From positions 4,898 to 68,897 of the forward strand of contig CAIOGM010000051.1 in the NCBI GenBank assembly GCA_903857795.1: a stretch of 64,000 bases of DNA, in the 5' to 3' direction. Below the pieces are notes generated by a model, which worked only from the letters and a program-made list of their open reading frames with translations, was not told where the DNA came from and ran no database searches. This document shows positions 27,030 through 38,200 of this stretch, piece by piece. A program made the translations under genes and the position numbers. The DNA comes from an uncultured Geobacter sp. Lineage in GTDB: Bacteria > Desulfobacterota > Desulfuromonadia > Geobacterales > CAIOGM01. Position 1 is the first letter of the stretch. Each line of letters starts with the position of its first letter.

Positions 27030-28262
27030 TTACAAGGAGACCACGACGATCCCTGATTCCGTGATGGAGTACCCCTGTGCCAGGTCCGCCACCGGGTCGT
27101 AGCCGATGGAGGTCCCATCGGGGATGGTGATGTTCTTGTCGATGATCGCCTTCCTGATCCTGACATTCCTGCCGACGGTGACGTTTTCAAAGAGGATCGA
27201 ATCCTCCACGAGGCTGTAGCTGTGGATCCGGCACAAGGGGCCGATGATCGACCTCCGGACGGTGGCGCCGCTGGTGATGCAGCCGGCGCAGACATAGGAG
27301 TCGATGTTCTGGCCGCGCCGGTTATCGTCATCGAACACGGTCTTGGCCGGCGGATAGTTCCCTTGATTGGTGAGGATCGGCCATTTGTAGTTGTAGAGGT
27401 TCAACTGCGGGGAGACATGGATCAGGTCCATGTTGGCGTCATAGTAGGAGTCGATGGTCCCCACATCCTTCCAGTATCCCTTCTCCTCGGGTTTCATCCC
27501 GGGGATCAGGTTGTCGTTGAAGTTGTAGGCAAAGACCCGGTCCTTCTTCTTGAGCATCATCGGAATCACATGTTTACCGAAATCCAGGTCTTCATAGAGT
27601 TTCTTCCCCTCCTGAAGGATCTCGATCAGCTTTTTGGTGGAGAAGATGTAATTACCCATGGAGGCGAAACAGGTCTCTCTTCCGGGAATCGTCTGGGGGT
27701 TCTTGGGCTTTTCGGAAAAAGCGGTCACCTGATACTCATCATCCACCGAGAAGACCCCGAACCTCCTGGCTTCATCCACCGGCACCTCAAGGGCCGCCAG
27801 GGTGATGTCCGCGTTGTTCATCCGATGGTAGTCGATCATCTGGCTGATATCCATCCGGTAAATATGATCACCGCCAAAGATCGCCACATAATCCGCGTCG
27901 GTGGCTTCGATGAATCGCAGGTAGTGATAGATGGCGTCAGCGGTCCCCTTGAACCACTCCTCCCGGTCGCTGCTGGTCTCGGGGGTGATGGCGACGAAGA
28001 ACTCTCCCAGGCCGGTCCATTTGCCCCACGACTCCCTGATATGTTTCATGAGAGAATACGACCGATACTGGGTCAGGATATAGACCTTCTTGATCCCCGA
28101 ATTGAAGAGGTTGCTCAGGACGAAATCGATGATCTTGTACTTCCCGCCGAAGGCGACTCCGGGTTTCGGCCTCTTGAGAGTTAGCGGACTGAGTCGCTCC
28201 CCCTTCCCCCCCGCCAGAACCATGGCGATCGTGTTTCTCCCGACATTCCCCGGTGTATACAT
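27030..28262 (-). CDS. glgC: Glucose-1-phosphate adenylyltransferase
   Basis: AMVLAGGKGERLSPLTLKRPKPGVAFGGKYKIIDFVLSNLFNSGI...SMGNYIF...left-handed beta-helix C-terminus. The start at 28262 (MYTPGNVG) has GAGGAG 8 nt upstream. Confidence 0.9.
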   Translation of the reverse strand: MYTPGNVGRNTIAMVLAGGKGERLSPLTLKRPKPGVAFGGKYKIIDFVLSNLFNSGIKKVYILTQYRSYSLMKHIRESWGKWTGLGEFFVAITPETSSDREEWFKGTADAIYHYLRFIEATDADYVAIFGGDHIYRMDISQMIDYHRMNNADITLAALEVPVDEARRFGVFSVDDEYQVTAFSEKPKNPQTIPGRETCFASMGNYIFSTKKLIEILQEGKKLYEDLDFGKHVIPMMLKKKDRVFAYNFNDNLIPGMKPEEKGYWKDVGTIDSYYDANMDLIHVSPQLNLYNYKWPILTNQGNYPPAKTVFDDDNRRGQNIDSYVCAGCITSGATVRRSIIGPLCRIHSYSLVEDSILFENVTVGRNVRIRKAIIDKNITIPDGTSIGYDPVADLAQGYSITESGIVVVSL

Positions 28263-28532
28263 ATGAAAGCTCCTCGAATAGATAAATAATGCGGCAGCAC
28301 TCAGATACCACATTCCGAATACATAATAAAGGCTCATTTTGCCTAACGGTTCATTTTACTGCAGCAAACCTGATTTTTGGGCTCTCGTCGCCGTTTAGGG
28401 TTGAAATCGAACTCTTCTTATACTACCCTGTCCGCCGCTGTTCATCTCGTCGCAAAGACGGTGGTCAGCCAGGGGGGCGTCACCAGGCACATCCCGACAC
28501 CACTACTCAAACTACTCTCTACAGGAGGCATC

Positions 28533-29705
28533 ATGGCACCACGGCAGAAAACAGTAGGTATTCTCACCGGCGGAGGAGACGTACCCGGTCTCAATCCGGC
28601 GCTCAAGACCCTGGTTCACCGGGCGGAAGAAGACGGCTACAAGGTCGTCGGCATCCGGCGCGGTTGGGGGGGACTCCTCAACTACAATCGGGAAGACCCC
28701 GAATCCCACGACCACAACATCGTCCCCCTGGACAAGATGGCGGTCAGGACCGTGGACCGCTCTGGCGGGACGTTCCTCCACACGAGTCGCACCAACCCGG
28801 GTAAGGTCGCCAACGCCGAGGTTCCGGAGTTCCTCCGGGGAGCGGATTACGATCCTGCCGCCACCTGCAAGCATGATTTTACCAAGCATGTCCTGGCCAA
28901 CCTGGCGCATATCGGCATCGATGCCCTCATCCCCATCGGCGGCGACGATACCCTGAGCTACGCCGAGCGGCTTCACCGTGAATCATTTCCGGTGGTGGCC
29001 ATCCCCAAGACCATGGATAACGATGTGTATGGCACCGACTACTGCATCGGCTTCTCCACGGCGGTGACCCGGAGCGTCAACTTCATCCACAACCTCCGGA
29101 CCAGCGCCGGTTCCCATGAACGGGTCGCCGTCATCGAGCTGTTCGGCCGGAACTCCGGTGAAACCTCCCTCATCTCCGCCTACCTCGCCGGTGTGGAGCG
29201 CTGCCTCATCTCCGAGGTCCCCTTTGACGTGGAACGGCTCGCCGGACAGGTCAAGCTCGACAAAAAGTCCAATCCCAGCAATTACTCCATGGTCGCCATC
29301 TCCGAAGGGGCCACCATGCTCGGTGGTCAAATCATCGAATACGGCCAGGAAGACGCCTACGGTCACAAGAAACTGGGCGGTATCGGCGAAGTGCTCAGCG
29401 AGGCGCTGAAAAACCTCACCGGTTCGCACATGATCTATCAGCCGCTCTCCTATCTCATGCGTTCCGGCGCACCCGACTCCCTGGACCTGATGGTCGCCTT
29501 CAACTACGCCAATATGGCCATGGACCTGGTGGCGGAGGGGATGTCCGGGAGGATGGTGGCGCTTCAGGGGGGGACCTACACCCATATCCCTTTAAGCTCC
29601 ATCATGGGAGGGCTCAAGCGGGTAGATGTGTCGGAGCTCTACGATGCTGAAGAGTACCGTCCCAAGATCCGTCACGTCCTGGGCAAGCCGATGTTCCTCT
29701 ACTGA
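28533..29705 (+). CDS. pfk: 6-phosphofructokinase (ATP- or PPi-dependent)
   Basis: [17 protein letters not shown]...PIGGDDTL...IPKTMDNDV. The ATG at 28533 follows AGGAGG. Confidence 0.85.
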   Translation: MAPRQKTVGILTGGGDVPGLNPALKTLVHRAEEDGYKVVGIRRGWGGLLNYNREDPESHDHNIVPLDKMAVRTVDRSGGTFLHTSRTNPGKVANAEVPEFLRGADYDPAATCKHDFTKHVLANLAHIGIDALIPIGGDDTLSYAERLHRESFPVVAIPKTMDNDVYGTDYCIGFSTAVTRSVNFIHNLRTSAGSHERVAVIELFGRNSGETSLISAYLAGVERCLISEVPFDVERLAGQVKLDKKSNPSNYSMVAISEGATMLGGQIIEYGQEDAYGHKKLGGIGEVLSEALKNLTGSHMIYQPLSYLMRSGAPDSLDLMVAFNYANMAMDLVAEGMSGRMVALQGGTYTHIPLSSIMGGLKRVDVSELYDAEEYRPKIRHVLGKPMFLY

Positions 29706-29743
29706 CAACCGGCGTCGCTCCGTGGTCCGGAGCCGACTTCACA

Positions 29744-29791
29744 AAAAAGCCTCACAGATACCTGGCGTTTCAGCTCTCTGTGAGGCTTTTT
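29744..29791. terminator. Bidirectional intrinsic terminator between convergent pfk and xseA
   Basis: AGCCTCACAGA (29748-29758) pairs with TCTGTGAGGCT (29777-29787). An A-tract flanks it upstream and a T-tract downstream. Confidence 0.7.
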
Positions 29792-29792
29792 A

Positions 29793-31157
29793 TTAATCAG
29801 GGGTGGCGATTGCCGCCGCGCCGGAGCTCTCCTCAACCCGGCAGAGGGCCCGGCCGCGGTGCAGGACGATCTCCAGCCGGGCTCCGGGCACCAGCTCGCC
29901 ACCGTCTCGAACCACCCGGCGACCAGGGAGAATCCGCGCCACGGCATATCCCCGCGCCAGGGTCTCCAGAGGAGAGAGGGTCTGGAGTCGGGCGGCGAGC
30001 ACCGCCGCCTCTTCATGACGACCGTCCAGGAGCCGCCGCACCCCCTGCTCCATACGGGCCGAGTGGGTAAGAATCCGTTCCCGGCACCGCTCCACCTGGA
30101 GAGAAGGGGAGAGGATCCGGAGGTGACGGATAAGGGCGGCGACCCGCTCCTGCCGTCTCCCAAGCGTTGCCGAAAGCGCCAGAGAGAGCCGCGCCGACTG
30201 ATCATCCAGGCGCTGGGCCAGACGCCCCAGGAGCAAGGTGGGATCCCGCAGGAGCTGGCTCTGCCGCTCCAGCTCCGCCCGTTTCCCCCTGAGGAGCTGC
30301 GTCATTTCCCGCACAAGCCGATGGGCAAGGGATTCCACCTGGCTCTCCAGCTCCTGCTTGCTCCGGACCACCAGCTCGGCCGCGGCAGAGGGGGTGGCGG
30401 CCCGGAGATCGGCGACGAAATCGGCGATGGTCACGTCGATCTCGTGCCCCACCGCCGAGATCACCGGTATCCGGGAGCGGCTGATGGCCCGCGCCACCAC
30501 CTCCTCATTGAAGGCCCAGAGATCCTCCAGAGAGCCCCCTCCCCGGCCGACAATCATGACATCCACGCCGCCGTAGCTGTTGAGGTCGTCGATGGCGGCG
30601 GCGATCTCCGCAGCCGCCCCCTCCCCCTGCACCCGGACCGGGACGATGAGGAGCTGCACGTTGGCGAAACGCCGGTTCACCACGGTGAGGATATCGTGAA
30701 TGGCGGCGCCGGTGGGAGTGGTGACCACGCCGATCCGCTGGGGAAGAAGCGGAAGCGGTTGCTTGCGGGATGCGTCGAAGAGCCCCTCCTTTGCCAGCCG
30801 CTCCTTCAGCTGTTCGAAGGCCAGCTGGAGCGCCCCGATCCCCAGCGGCTCGGCATACTCGGCCACAAGCTGATACTCCCCTCGCTGCTCATAGACCGAG
30901 AGCCTTCCCCGCAGGATCAGCCCCATGCCGTCCTTGAGCCGGAACCGGAGGTTCTTTGCCGCCCCCTTGAACATGACGCAGCGAAGCTGTGCCCCCCCAT
31001 CCTTGAGGGTGAAGTAGAGGTGCCCGGACGCAGGGGTCCCCAGGTTGGAGAGCTCTCCCTCCACCCAGAGCTGGTCGAAGTTCTCTTCCAGGGTCGACCG
31101 GATCAGGGCGGTGAGCCGGCTGACCGTCAGGATTCGCTTGTCGCTAAAGATGTCCAT
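29793..31157 (-). CDS. xseA: Exodeoxyribonuclease VII large subunit
   Basis: ILTVSRLTALIRSTLEENFDQLWVEGELSNL...SGHLYFTLKD...VVTTPTGAAIHDIL...RGGGSLEDLWAFNEE. Confidence 0.9.
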   Translation of the reverse strand: MDIFSDKRILTVSRLTALIRSTLEENFDQLWVEGELSNLGTPASGHLYFTLKDGGAQLRCVMFKGAAKNLRFRLKDGMGLILRGRLSVYEQRGEYQLVAEYAEPLGIGALQLAFEQLKERLAKEGLFDASRKQPLPLLPQRIGVVTTPTGAAIHDILTVVNRRFANVQLLIVPVRVQGEGAAAEIAAAIDDLNSYGGVDVMIVGRGGGSLEDLWAFNEEVVARAISRSRIPVISAVGHEIDVTIADFVADLRAATPSAAAELVVRSKQELESQVESLAHRLVREMTQLLRGKRAELERQSQLLRDPTLLLGRLAQRLDDQSARLSLALSATLGRRQERVAALIRHLRILSPSLQVERCRERILTHSARMEQGVRRLLDGRHEEAAVLAARLQTLSPLETLARGYAVARILPGRRVVRDGGELVPGARLEIVLHRGRALCRVEESSGAAAIATPD

Positions 31158-31800
31158 GGGGGGCTCCGGCGCCGTGATCCACCAGCAGCGCCGCAGGGAT
31201 CAGGGTGTCCCGCTGCGCAGTAAAGATACCGGTCGCCAGGAGGTTGAATTCAGCCACGAGGGAGGTCTCCTGGCTGAGAATCTCCGTGAACTCCCCCCGC
31301 AGCCCGGTCAGCTGCAGCGGCTCCTGGCCGATGAAGTTCAGCGTGCAGCAGGCGTCATCATGGAGTTCGCCCGTGAGATCCATCAGCGGCAGGCCGTGGA
31401 GCCGGCAGGTCATGGGGCGATACGCGTAGAGGAGACAGAGCCCCTTCGGGTCGAGGAGGAGGCAGGGAGAGTCGTCGAACTCGGCCAGCAGCTCCAGCCA
31501 CCCCTCTTCGGAGAGGCCATCCAGCAGGTAGGGGGGGACGAACTCCGGCCGGCGCATCCGGAGCGCATCGATCCGGGCCTGGGCCTGGGCGGTGAGAGCC
31601 TCCCGGATTGAGGAGGGCAAGAGATCGAATCCGGATTTGAGCAGGGCCGCGTCCGGCAGCGTGATGTCGAACAGTCCGCTGCAGCAGGCCGAACAGCCCC
31701 GATGACAGGTGATGTCATCGGGGTATGCGGCCAGAGCACCGGCGAACCAGGCGTCCACCCGGGCAAGGAGTGCGGCGTACTCTGCGAGGAGCTCGTTCAT
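31144..31800 (-). CDS. YkgJ-family Cys-cluster (CxxCxxCC) protein
   Basis: ITCHRGCSACCSGLFDITL and a second Cys-rich part (CLLYAYRPMTCRLHG). Confidence 0.7.
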   Translation of the reverse strand: MNELLAEYAALLARVDAWFAGALAAYPDDITCHRGCSACCSGLFDITLPDAALLKSGFDLLPSSIREALTAQAQARIDALRMRRPEFVPPYLLDGLSEEGWLELLAEFDDSPCLLLDPKGLCLLYAYRPMTCRLHGLPLMDLTGELHDDACCTLNFIGQEPLQLTGLRGEFTEILSQETSLVAEFNLLATGIFTAQRDTLIPAALLVDHGAGAPHGHL

Positions 31801-31806
31801 CCCCTC

Positions 31807-32355
31807 TCAGCAGACCAGTTCCGAACGGGTGAAGAGGGCACGGAGCCAGTACCCCTCCTTCTCGATGTTCTCTCTTCCCCCCTCTTCCCGGTCCACCAGG
31901 GTGACGACCCCCAGGACCACCAGCCCCTCCTCCTCTGCCCGGCGAACCGCCTTCATGGAGGAGCCGCCGGTGGTGACCACATCCTCCACGATGACGACCC
32001 TGGTACCGGGGGGAAGATTCTTGCGCCCCTCCAGCCACTGACCGGTGCCGTGCCCCTTGGGCTCCTTCCGGATGATGAAGGCGTGCAGCTTCCGGCCGTC
32101 CAGATGGGCGGCGATGGAGGTCGCCGTGGCGATGGGGTCGGCCCCCATGGTGATCCCTCCCACCGCCTCGACCCCGGCCACATCCTTGATGCAGTCGTAG
32201 AAGAGCCGTCCCACCAGATACCCCCCCTCGGCGTGGAGGGTGGTCTGCTTGCCGTCGAAGTAGAAGTCGCTCTCCCGGCCGGAAGCCAGGGTGACCTTCC
32301 GTTTCTCGTAGGAAAGTTCGGTTATGATCCTCTTGAGCTCCTCGCGTTCCGTCAT
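31807..32355 (-). CDS. pyrE: Orotate phosphoribosyltransferase
   Basis: [15 protein letters not shown]...[13 protein letters not shown] (PRPP-binding motif). Confidence 0.9.
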   Translation of the reverse strand: MTEREELKRIITELSYEKRKVTLASGRESDFYFDGKQTTLHAEGGYLVGRLFYDCIKDVAGVEAVGGITMGADPIATATSIAAHLDGRKLHAFIIRKEPKGHGTGQWLEGRKNLPPGTRVVIVEDVVTTGGSSMKAVRRAEEEGLVVLGVVTLVDREEGGRENIEKEGYWLRALFTRSELVC

Positions 32356-33770
32356 TGTGCTGCCTCCTTGTCAAAGAGTTCCATCTGATTGTCAGGCTTG
32401 GTGGAAGGGAAGCCGATGGGATAGGCGCCGCTGAAGCAGGCCTTGCAGTAACCGGTGTTGCCGGTCCCCACCGCCTTCAAAAGCCCCTCTTCCGAGAGAT
32501 ACCCCAGGGAGTCGGCGGTGATGTAGCGCCTGATCTCTTCCAGGGTGTGGGAGGCCGAGATCAGCTCCTTCCGGTTGGGGGTGTCGATGCCGTAGTAGCA
32601 GGGGTAGCTGGTGGGAGGGGAGGAGATCACCATGTGGACCTCCCGGGCCCCGGCGTTGCGAACCATCTTGACGATCTTTCGCGAGGTGGTCCCGCGCACG
32701 ATGGAGTCATCAATGACCACCACCCGCTTCCCCTCCAGGAGTTCGCGAACCGGGTTCAGCTTGATCTTGACGCCGAAGTGGCGGATGGACTGCTGGGGCT
32801 CGATGAAGGTCCGCCCCACGTAATGGTTCCGGATGAGCCCCAACTCGAAGTTGATCCCCGACTCCTCGGCGTACCCCATGGCCGCCGGAACCCCGGAATC
32901 GGGGACCGGGATGACGATATCGGCCTCCACCCGGTGCTCCCGGGCCAGCTGACGCCCCAGCTCCTTCCTTACTGAATAGACGTTCTTGCCGAAGATGCAG
33001 GAGTCGGGGCGGGCAAAGTAGACGAACTCGAAGATGCAGGGACAGGGGGTCGTCTTCTTCAGGGGGAAATAGGAGGTCATCCCCGAGGCGGTGATCTCCA
33101 CGATCTCCCCCGGCTCGATCTCCCGGATGAAGGTGGCCTCGATGAGGTCCAGGGCGCAGCTCTCCGAGGCAACCACATAGGCCGAACCGAGCCGCCCCAG
33201 ACACAAGGGGCGAAATCCCTGGGGATCCCGGGCCGCGATCATCCGGCTTTCGGTGAGGAAGAGAAGCGAATAGGCCCCGGTCACCTGACTTAAGGCATCG
33301 GTGAGCCGGTCCAGCAGGGAGTTGGCCTTGGAGGTGGCCAGGAGATGAATGATGATCTCCGTGTCCATGGTGGTCTGGAAGATGGAGCCCCACGCCTCCA
33401 GTTCGTCCTTGATCCGCTGGGCGTTCACCAGGTTGCCGTTATGGGAGACGGCGATGGAGCCCCGCGAATAGTTCACCATGATCGGCTGGACGTTCTTCAG
33501 CACCGACGAGCCGGTGGTGGAGTAGCGGACATGGCCGATGGCGGAACGGCCGGGGAGCTTCTTGAAGATCTCCTGGTTGCCGAAAACGTCGGCCACCAGC
33601 CCCATCCCCTTGTGGGCATGGAGATCATGGCCATCGGAGGAGACGATGCCGCACGCCTCCTGTCCCCGGTGCTGGAGGGCATAGAGCCCCAGGTAGGTAA
33701 GATTCGACGCCTCCTGGTGGTTGTAGATGCCAAAGATGCCGCACTCTTCGTGGGGGCGATTCAGTTTCAT
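32352..33770 (-). CDS. purF: Amidophosphoribosyltransferase
   Basis: N-terminal CGIFGIY, then GHVRYSTTG...[14 protein letters not shown]...C-terminal Fe-S Cys residues. Confidence 0.95.
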   Translation of the reverse strand: MKLNRPHEECGIFGIYNHQEASNLTYLGLYALQHRGQEACGIVSSDGHDLHAHKGMGLVADVFGNQEIFKKLPGRSAIGHVRYSTTGSSVLKNVQPIMVNYSRGSIAVSHNGNLVNAQRIKDELEAWGSIFQTTMDTEIIIHLLATSKANSLLDRLTDALSQVTGAYSLLFLTESRMIAARDPQGFRPLCLGRLGSAYVVASESCALDLIEATFIREIEPGEIVEITASGMTSYFPLKKTTPCPCIFEFVYFARPDSCIFGKNVYSVRKELGRQLAREHRVEADIVIPVPDSGVPAAMGYAEESGINFELGLIRNHYVGRTFIEPQQSIRHFGVKIKLNPVRELLEGKRVVVIDDSIVRGTTSRKIVKMVRNAGAREVHMVISSPPTSYPCYYGIDTPNRKELISASHTLEEIRRYITADSLGYLSEEGLLKAVGTGNTGYCKACFSGAYPIGFPSTKPDNQMELFDKEAAQ

Positions 33771-33797
33771 GGAGGCTCCGTTTTCACCGGTGGGGGC

Positions 33798-34625
33798 TTA
33801 CAGCAGATGCTTCTTCACATAGTCGGCCGCGTTGCGGAACAGGATCAGCCCGTCCCCCTCCACTGGCAGGCTCTCGCGTGTCCAGCGGGGGTGCTGCGTG
33901 TAGTGAACGAAGGCCTCGGGGTGGGGCATGAGCCCCATGATCCGGCCGGTGGGGTCGCAGAGCCCGGCGATGGCCTCCTGGGAGCCGTTGGGGTTCAAGG
34001 GAAACTCCATGGCCCGGGTCGTATACTCCCCATCGGAGTAGCAGAGTGGCGCCAGCCGCTCCCGCCTGATCCGCTCCAGGGTCCCTTCCGAGTCACAGAC
34101 GAACTTCCCCTCGCCGTGACGCACCGGCAGATAAATCCCCTTGTCGATCCCCCTGGTGTAGATGGAGGGGGAGTCGGGATCGACCTTCAGGTAGCTCCAC
34201 CGGTCCTGAAACCGGCCGCAGTCGTTGTGGGTGAGGGTGACACTCTGGGTCAGGTGGTCGCCGTCGAAGCCGGGGAGCATCCCCATCTTGACCATGAGTT
34301 GAAACCCGTTGCAGACCCCGAGAATCAGTTTCCCCGCGGCGATGAACCGGCTGAACTGCGCCACAAGCCGCTCCCCGGTACCGGCCACGACGGCATGTTT
34401 CAACCGGTTGGCCTGGGCCTTGGCGCTCCCCAGGTCGTCTCCATCCAGAAATCCGCCGGTGAGGTTGAGGAAATGGAAGTCGTCCAGGGTGATCTCGCCG
34501 GAGATGATCTCCGCGATATGGGCGATCACCGCCTCGTCGAACCCCCCCAGCCGGCAGGCGTGGGCCGCCTCCGTCTCGCAGTTGGTGCCGTTGCCGGTGA
34601 TTACGATTGCACGTGTTCTTGCCAT
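33798..34625 (-). CDS. purQ: Phosphoribosylformylglycinamidine synthase, glutamine amidotransferase subunit
   Basis: AIVITGNGTNCETE...ILGVCNGFQLMVKMG...MPHPE (class I GATase triad); adjacent to purL. Confidence 0.8.
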   Translation of the reverse strand: MARTRAIVITGNGTNCETEAAHACRLGGFDEAVIAHIAEIISGEITLDDFHFLNLTGGFLDGDDLGSAKAQANRLKHAVVAGTGERLVAQFSRFIAAGKLILGVCNGFQLMVKMGMLPGFDGDHLTQSVTLTHNDCGRFQDRWSYLKVDPDSPSIYTRGIDKGIYLPVRHGEGKFVCDSEGTLERIRRERLAPLCYSDGEYTTRAMEFPLNPNGSQEAIAGLCDPTGRIMGLMPHPEAFVHYTQHPRWTRESLPVEGDGLILFRNAADYVKKHLL

Positions 34626-34654
34626 ACCCTCTTGCTCCTCGCTGGTTCGCTTAC

Positions 34655-35242
34655 TTATGCAAAGACTTCCCCAAGTTCGATGATCAGATCGCCGAGCAGG
34701 GTTGCCGGAAGCTGCTCATCCGCGGCATACAGCTCGTGTCTGCCGAACGTCCCCTCACCGGTGAGCCGAAACACCATGAGCGTCCGGTCGACCGGTTGCA
34801 CAACCCAGTACTCCCGGACCCCGTGCCGCTCGTAGAGGGAAAATTTCCCCCTCAAGTCCCTGCCTGCCGTTCCGGGTGAGAGGATCTCCACCACCAGATC
34901 CGGCGCACCGCGACACCCCTTCTCGTCGAGCTTGGAACGGTCGCAGACGATCACCAGATCCGGCTGCAGCACCGTGGAGATCTCGTCATCGGCCTGCTCC
35001 GGAAAGTCGGGCAACCGGACATCGAAGGGAGCGGCAAAGGCCTGACACGGTTTTCCCTTGAGATAATTACCGAACTGCCTGCAGAGCTCGAAGAGTATCC
35101 GCTGATGAGTCAGCGAAGGAGCCGGGCTCATACAGTAGGCTTCTCCCTCCATCAGCTCCCAACGCTGGTCATCATCCCAGGTACGGTAGAGGCCATAGGT
35201 GAAACGATCCGTCAGCTGTTCGCTCCGTTGTGCCTGCGCCAT
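34655..35242 (-). CDS. Uma2-family (DUF820) putative endonuclease
   Basis: WELMEGEAYCMSPAPSLTHQRI...QPDLVIVCD...APDLVVEILSPGT...D...KFSLYERHGVREYWVV is the typical Uma2 pattern. Confidence 0.75.
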   Translation of the reverse strand: MAQAQRSEQLTDRFTYGLYRTWDDDQRWELMEGEAYCMSPAPSLTHQRILFELCRQFGNYLKGKPCQAFAAPFDVRLPDFPEQADDEISTVLQPDLVIVCDRSKLDEKGCRGAPDLVVEILSPGTAGRDLRGKFSLYERHGVREYWVVQPVDRTLMVFRLTGEGTFGRHELYAADEQLPATLLGDLIIELGEVFA

Positions 35243-35254
35243 ATCGCCCCTCCC

Positions 35255-38200
35255 TTAGAGCTCCCTCAGGGTCTTCTGCCACGCTTCCTTCAGCTCCGCC
35301 AGCCCTGCCTTTACGACAGTGACGCCATTTACGCCGGTGATGACCAGCTCCGCACGTTCCGTCACCACCCCCACCATAGCGAGAGAGTGGCCGGACATGA
35401 TACGCTGGAACTCCTCCCGTTTTTCCGGATGAACGGTCACCAGGTGACGGGAGGCCGATTCGCTGAAGAGGAGCGTGGCGTCGTTGCGCCCGGACGACTC
35501 CCCCTGCCAGGGGACGGAAGAGAGGTCCAGCGTGATGCCGAAACCGCCGGCAAAGGCCGACTCCGCCGCCGCCACGGCCAGGCCGCCGTCGGAAAGGTCG
35601 TGACAGGAGGCCACCGAGCCCGCCAGGACCGCCCGGTGATACGCCCCATAGCGCCCGTAGGCCCGGGGCGGATCCACCACCGGAACCCCGTTGCCGACCC
35701 CCCCCAGCAGGGCGAAGTATTCGGAGCCCCCCAGTTCGGCGGCGGTGCTCCCCAGGAGATACACCAGATCCCCCGGCCGCTTCACGTCCATGGTCACGCA
35801 CGTGCGGCTGTCCTCGATCTTGCCGATGACCGAGAAGAGGAGCGTCGGCGGGATGGAGATCTTCACGGCGCCGTCGTAGAAGTCGTTCTTCATGGAGTCC
35901 TTGCCGGAGATGAGCGGCAGGTTGTACTCCATGCAGACATCGTAGAGCGCCTGGTTGGCGCGGACCAGCTGGGCCATCTTGTAGGCACCGTCGGGACTCT
36001 TCTCCGAGAGGACCGGGTCGCACCAGCAGAAGTTGTCCAGGCCGGCCACCAGCTCCAGAGAGCCCCCCACCGCCACGTAGTTGCGCAGCGCCTCGTCCAC
36101 GGCGTTGGCCGCCATATGGTAGGCGTCAAGGTCCGAGTAGCGGGGACAGATGCCGTGGGCCACCACCACCCCCTCGAAGGAGTCCAGGATGGGACGGATC
36201 ACCGCCGCATCGGAGGGGCCGTCGTTGGCCACCCCCATGAACGGCTTCACCACCGATCCCCCCTGGACCTCGTGGTCGTAGCGCCGGACCACCGACTCCT
36301 TGGAGCAGATGTTCAGCGCCCCGAGGAGCTTCAACAGATCATCGGTGTAGGATTCCTTAACCTCAACCTCAACCTCTTCCTGCTTCGGCGGTGTCCACTT
36401 GGCCGGGAGCTGCAGCGGGGGGAGCCCCTCGTGCATGAACGCTACCGGCAGCCACGCCACGGTCCGGTCGTGATAGAGGATATGGAAATAGCCGGAGTCC
36501 GTGAACTCACCCAGCACCGTGGCCTCCACGCCGAACCGCTGCGCCATTCCCAGGAATTCGGGGAGGTTCTCCGGCTGCACCGCCAGAGACATCCGCTCCT
36601 GGGCCTCGGAGATCAGGATCTCCCACGGGTTAAGTCCCGGATACTTGAGCGGCGCCAGGGCCAGGTCAAGCCGGCACCCCCCCACTTCACCGCACATCTC
36701 GCCGATGGAGGAGGAGAGACCGCCGGCGCCGTTGTCGGTGATGAACCGGTAGAGCCCCTTGTCCCGGGCCCGGATGAGGAAGTCAAACATCCGCTTCTGG
36801 GTGATGGGATCGCCGATCTGCACCGCGGTTACCGGCGAATTCTCGTTGAGCTCCTCGGAGGAGAAGGTGGCGCCGTGGATGCCGTCCTTGCCGATCCGGC
36901 CGCCGGTCATGACGATGATGTCTCCGGGAAGGATCGACTTGTCATGGGACGGTTCGCCGTTGATGGTGGCGGGCATGATCCCGGCGGTGCCGCAGAAGAC
37001 CAGCGGCTTGCCGCAGAACCGCTCGTCGAAGACCAGAGAGCCGTTCACCGTGGGGATGCCGCTCTTGTTCCCCCCATGCTCCACCCCTTCCACCACCCCC
37101 TCGTAAATCCGGCGGGGATGGAGGAGCCGGGATGGAAGCGCCTTGTCATAGAACGGATCGGCGAAACAGAAGACGTCGGTATTGAAGATCAGCCGGGCCC
37201 CCTTGCCGGTGCCGAAGGGGTCGCGGTTCACCCCCACGATACCGGTGAGCGCCCCGCCGTAGGGGTCCAGTGCCGAGGGGGAGTTGTGGGTCTCCACCTT
37301 GAAGACCAGGGACCAGTCATCGTTGAACCGGATGACCCCGGCGTTGTCCTTGAAGACCGAGAGGCAGAAGTCCCGCTCCCCCAGCTTCTCCCTGACATCC
37401 TTGGTGGTCCGCTGGATGAACGACTTGAAGAGGGATTTGATCTCCTGCCGGTTCCCCTCCTCGTCCTCATACTGCACGGTGCCGGAGAAGATCTTGTGTT
37501 TGCAGTGCTCCGACCAGGTCTGGGCCAGGCACTCCAGCTCCACGTCGGTGGGCTTATGGCCGAGCCCCATGGTGGCGCGAGCCGCCCGCACCTGGGGGTC
37601 GCGGTAGTGGTCCTGGATGATCTTCATCTCCTCCAGGACCAGGGCCAGCACCCCTGCCCGGCTGATCCGGAGCAGTTCCGCGTCGGGAACCTCCAGATCG
37701 ATCTCCTGTACGGGCGACCGATCGGTCGCCCCTACGTTCTCGGCGACTCTGGGGACCGCCGCCGGGAAGCCCCCTTGCGCCTCAAACTCCGCGGCGGAGA
37801 GGATGGTGAAGCGCTGGATCAGGGTGTTGCAGAGGAGGCCGGTGGTGATCCGCTCCACCTCTTCATGGGTCAGCAGACCGGAGAGGAGGTACTGCACCGC
37901 GGTGGAGACCCCCTCGCCCGGCTGGAACGGCCTGGCAGTCAGGTATTCGACAGCCTCCCGAGCGGTGCGCCCCACGTTGTCGGTGACACCGGGGCGAAAC
38001 CCGATCTCCACGGCCCAGTCGAACTCCGCAGCAAGAGGAAGATCGATGCTCCGCTCCTGGATCACCGGATCGCACAAGGGGCCGGCGGCGGCCTGCTCCA
38101 GCTCTTCCCAGGAGAGAGCCGCATCCACGGTGTAGACATCGATGGTCCTGACCCGGGAAACCACCAGATGAAGGAAATTGTCGATTTCCCGCTTCACCCG

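Noticed and set aside
29859-31223. Other long antisense ORFs: 29859-31223, 33345-34835, 39138-40907, 43257-44726, 44528-45592, 48113-49444, 52376-53464, 55640-57262, 27222-28184, 24930-25787, 41754-42602
   Set aside because: Each is the mirror of a confidently identified gene (xseA, purF/purQ, purB, patB-like, tkt, ftsH, PG-binding protein, tolC-like, glgC, acr3, purM). Their translations show no motifs, only GC-driven composition.
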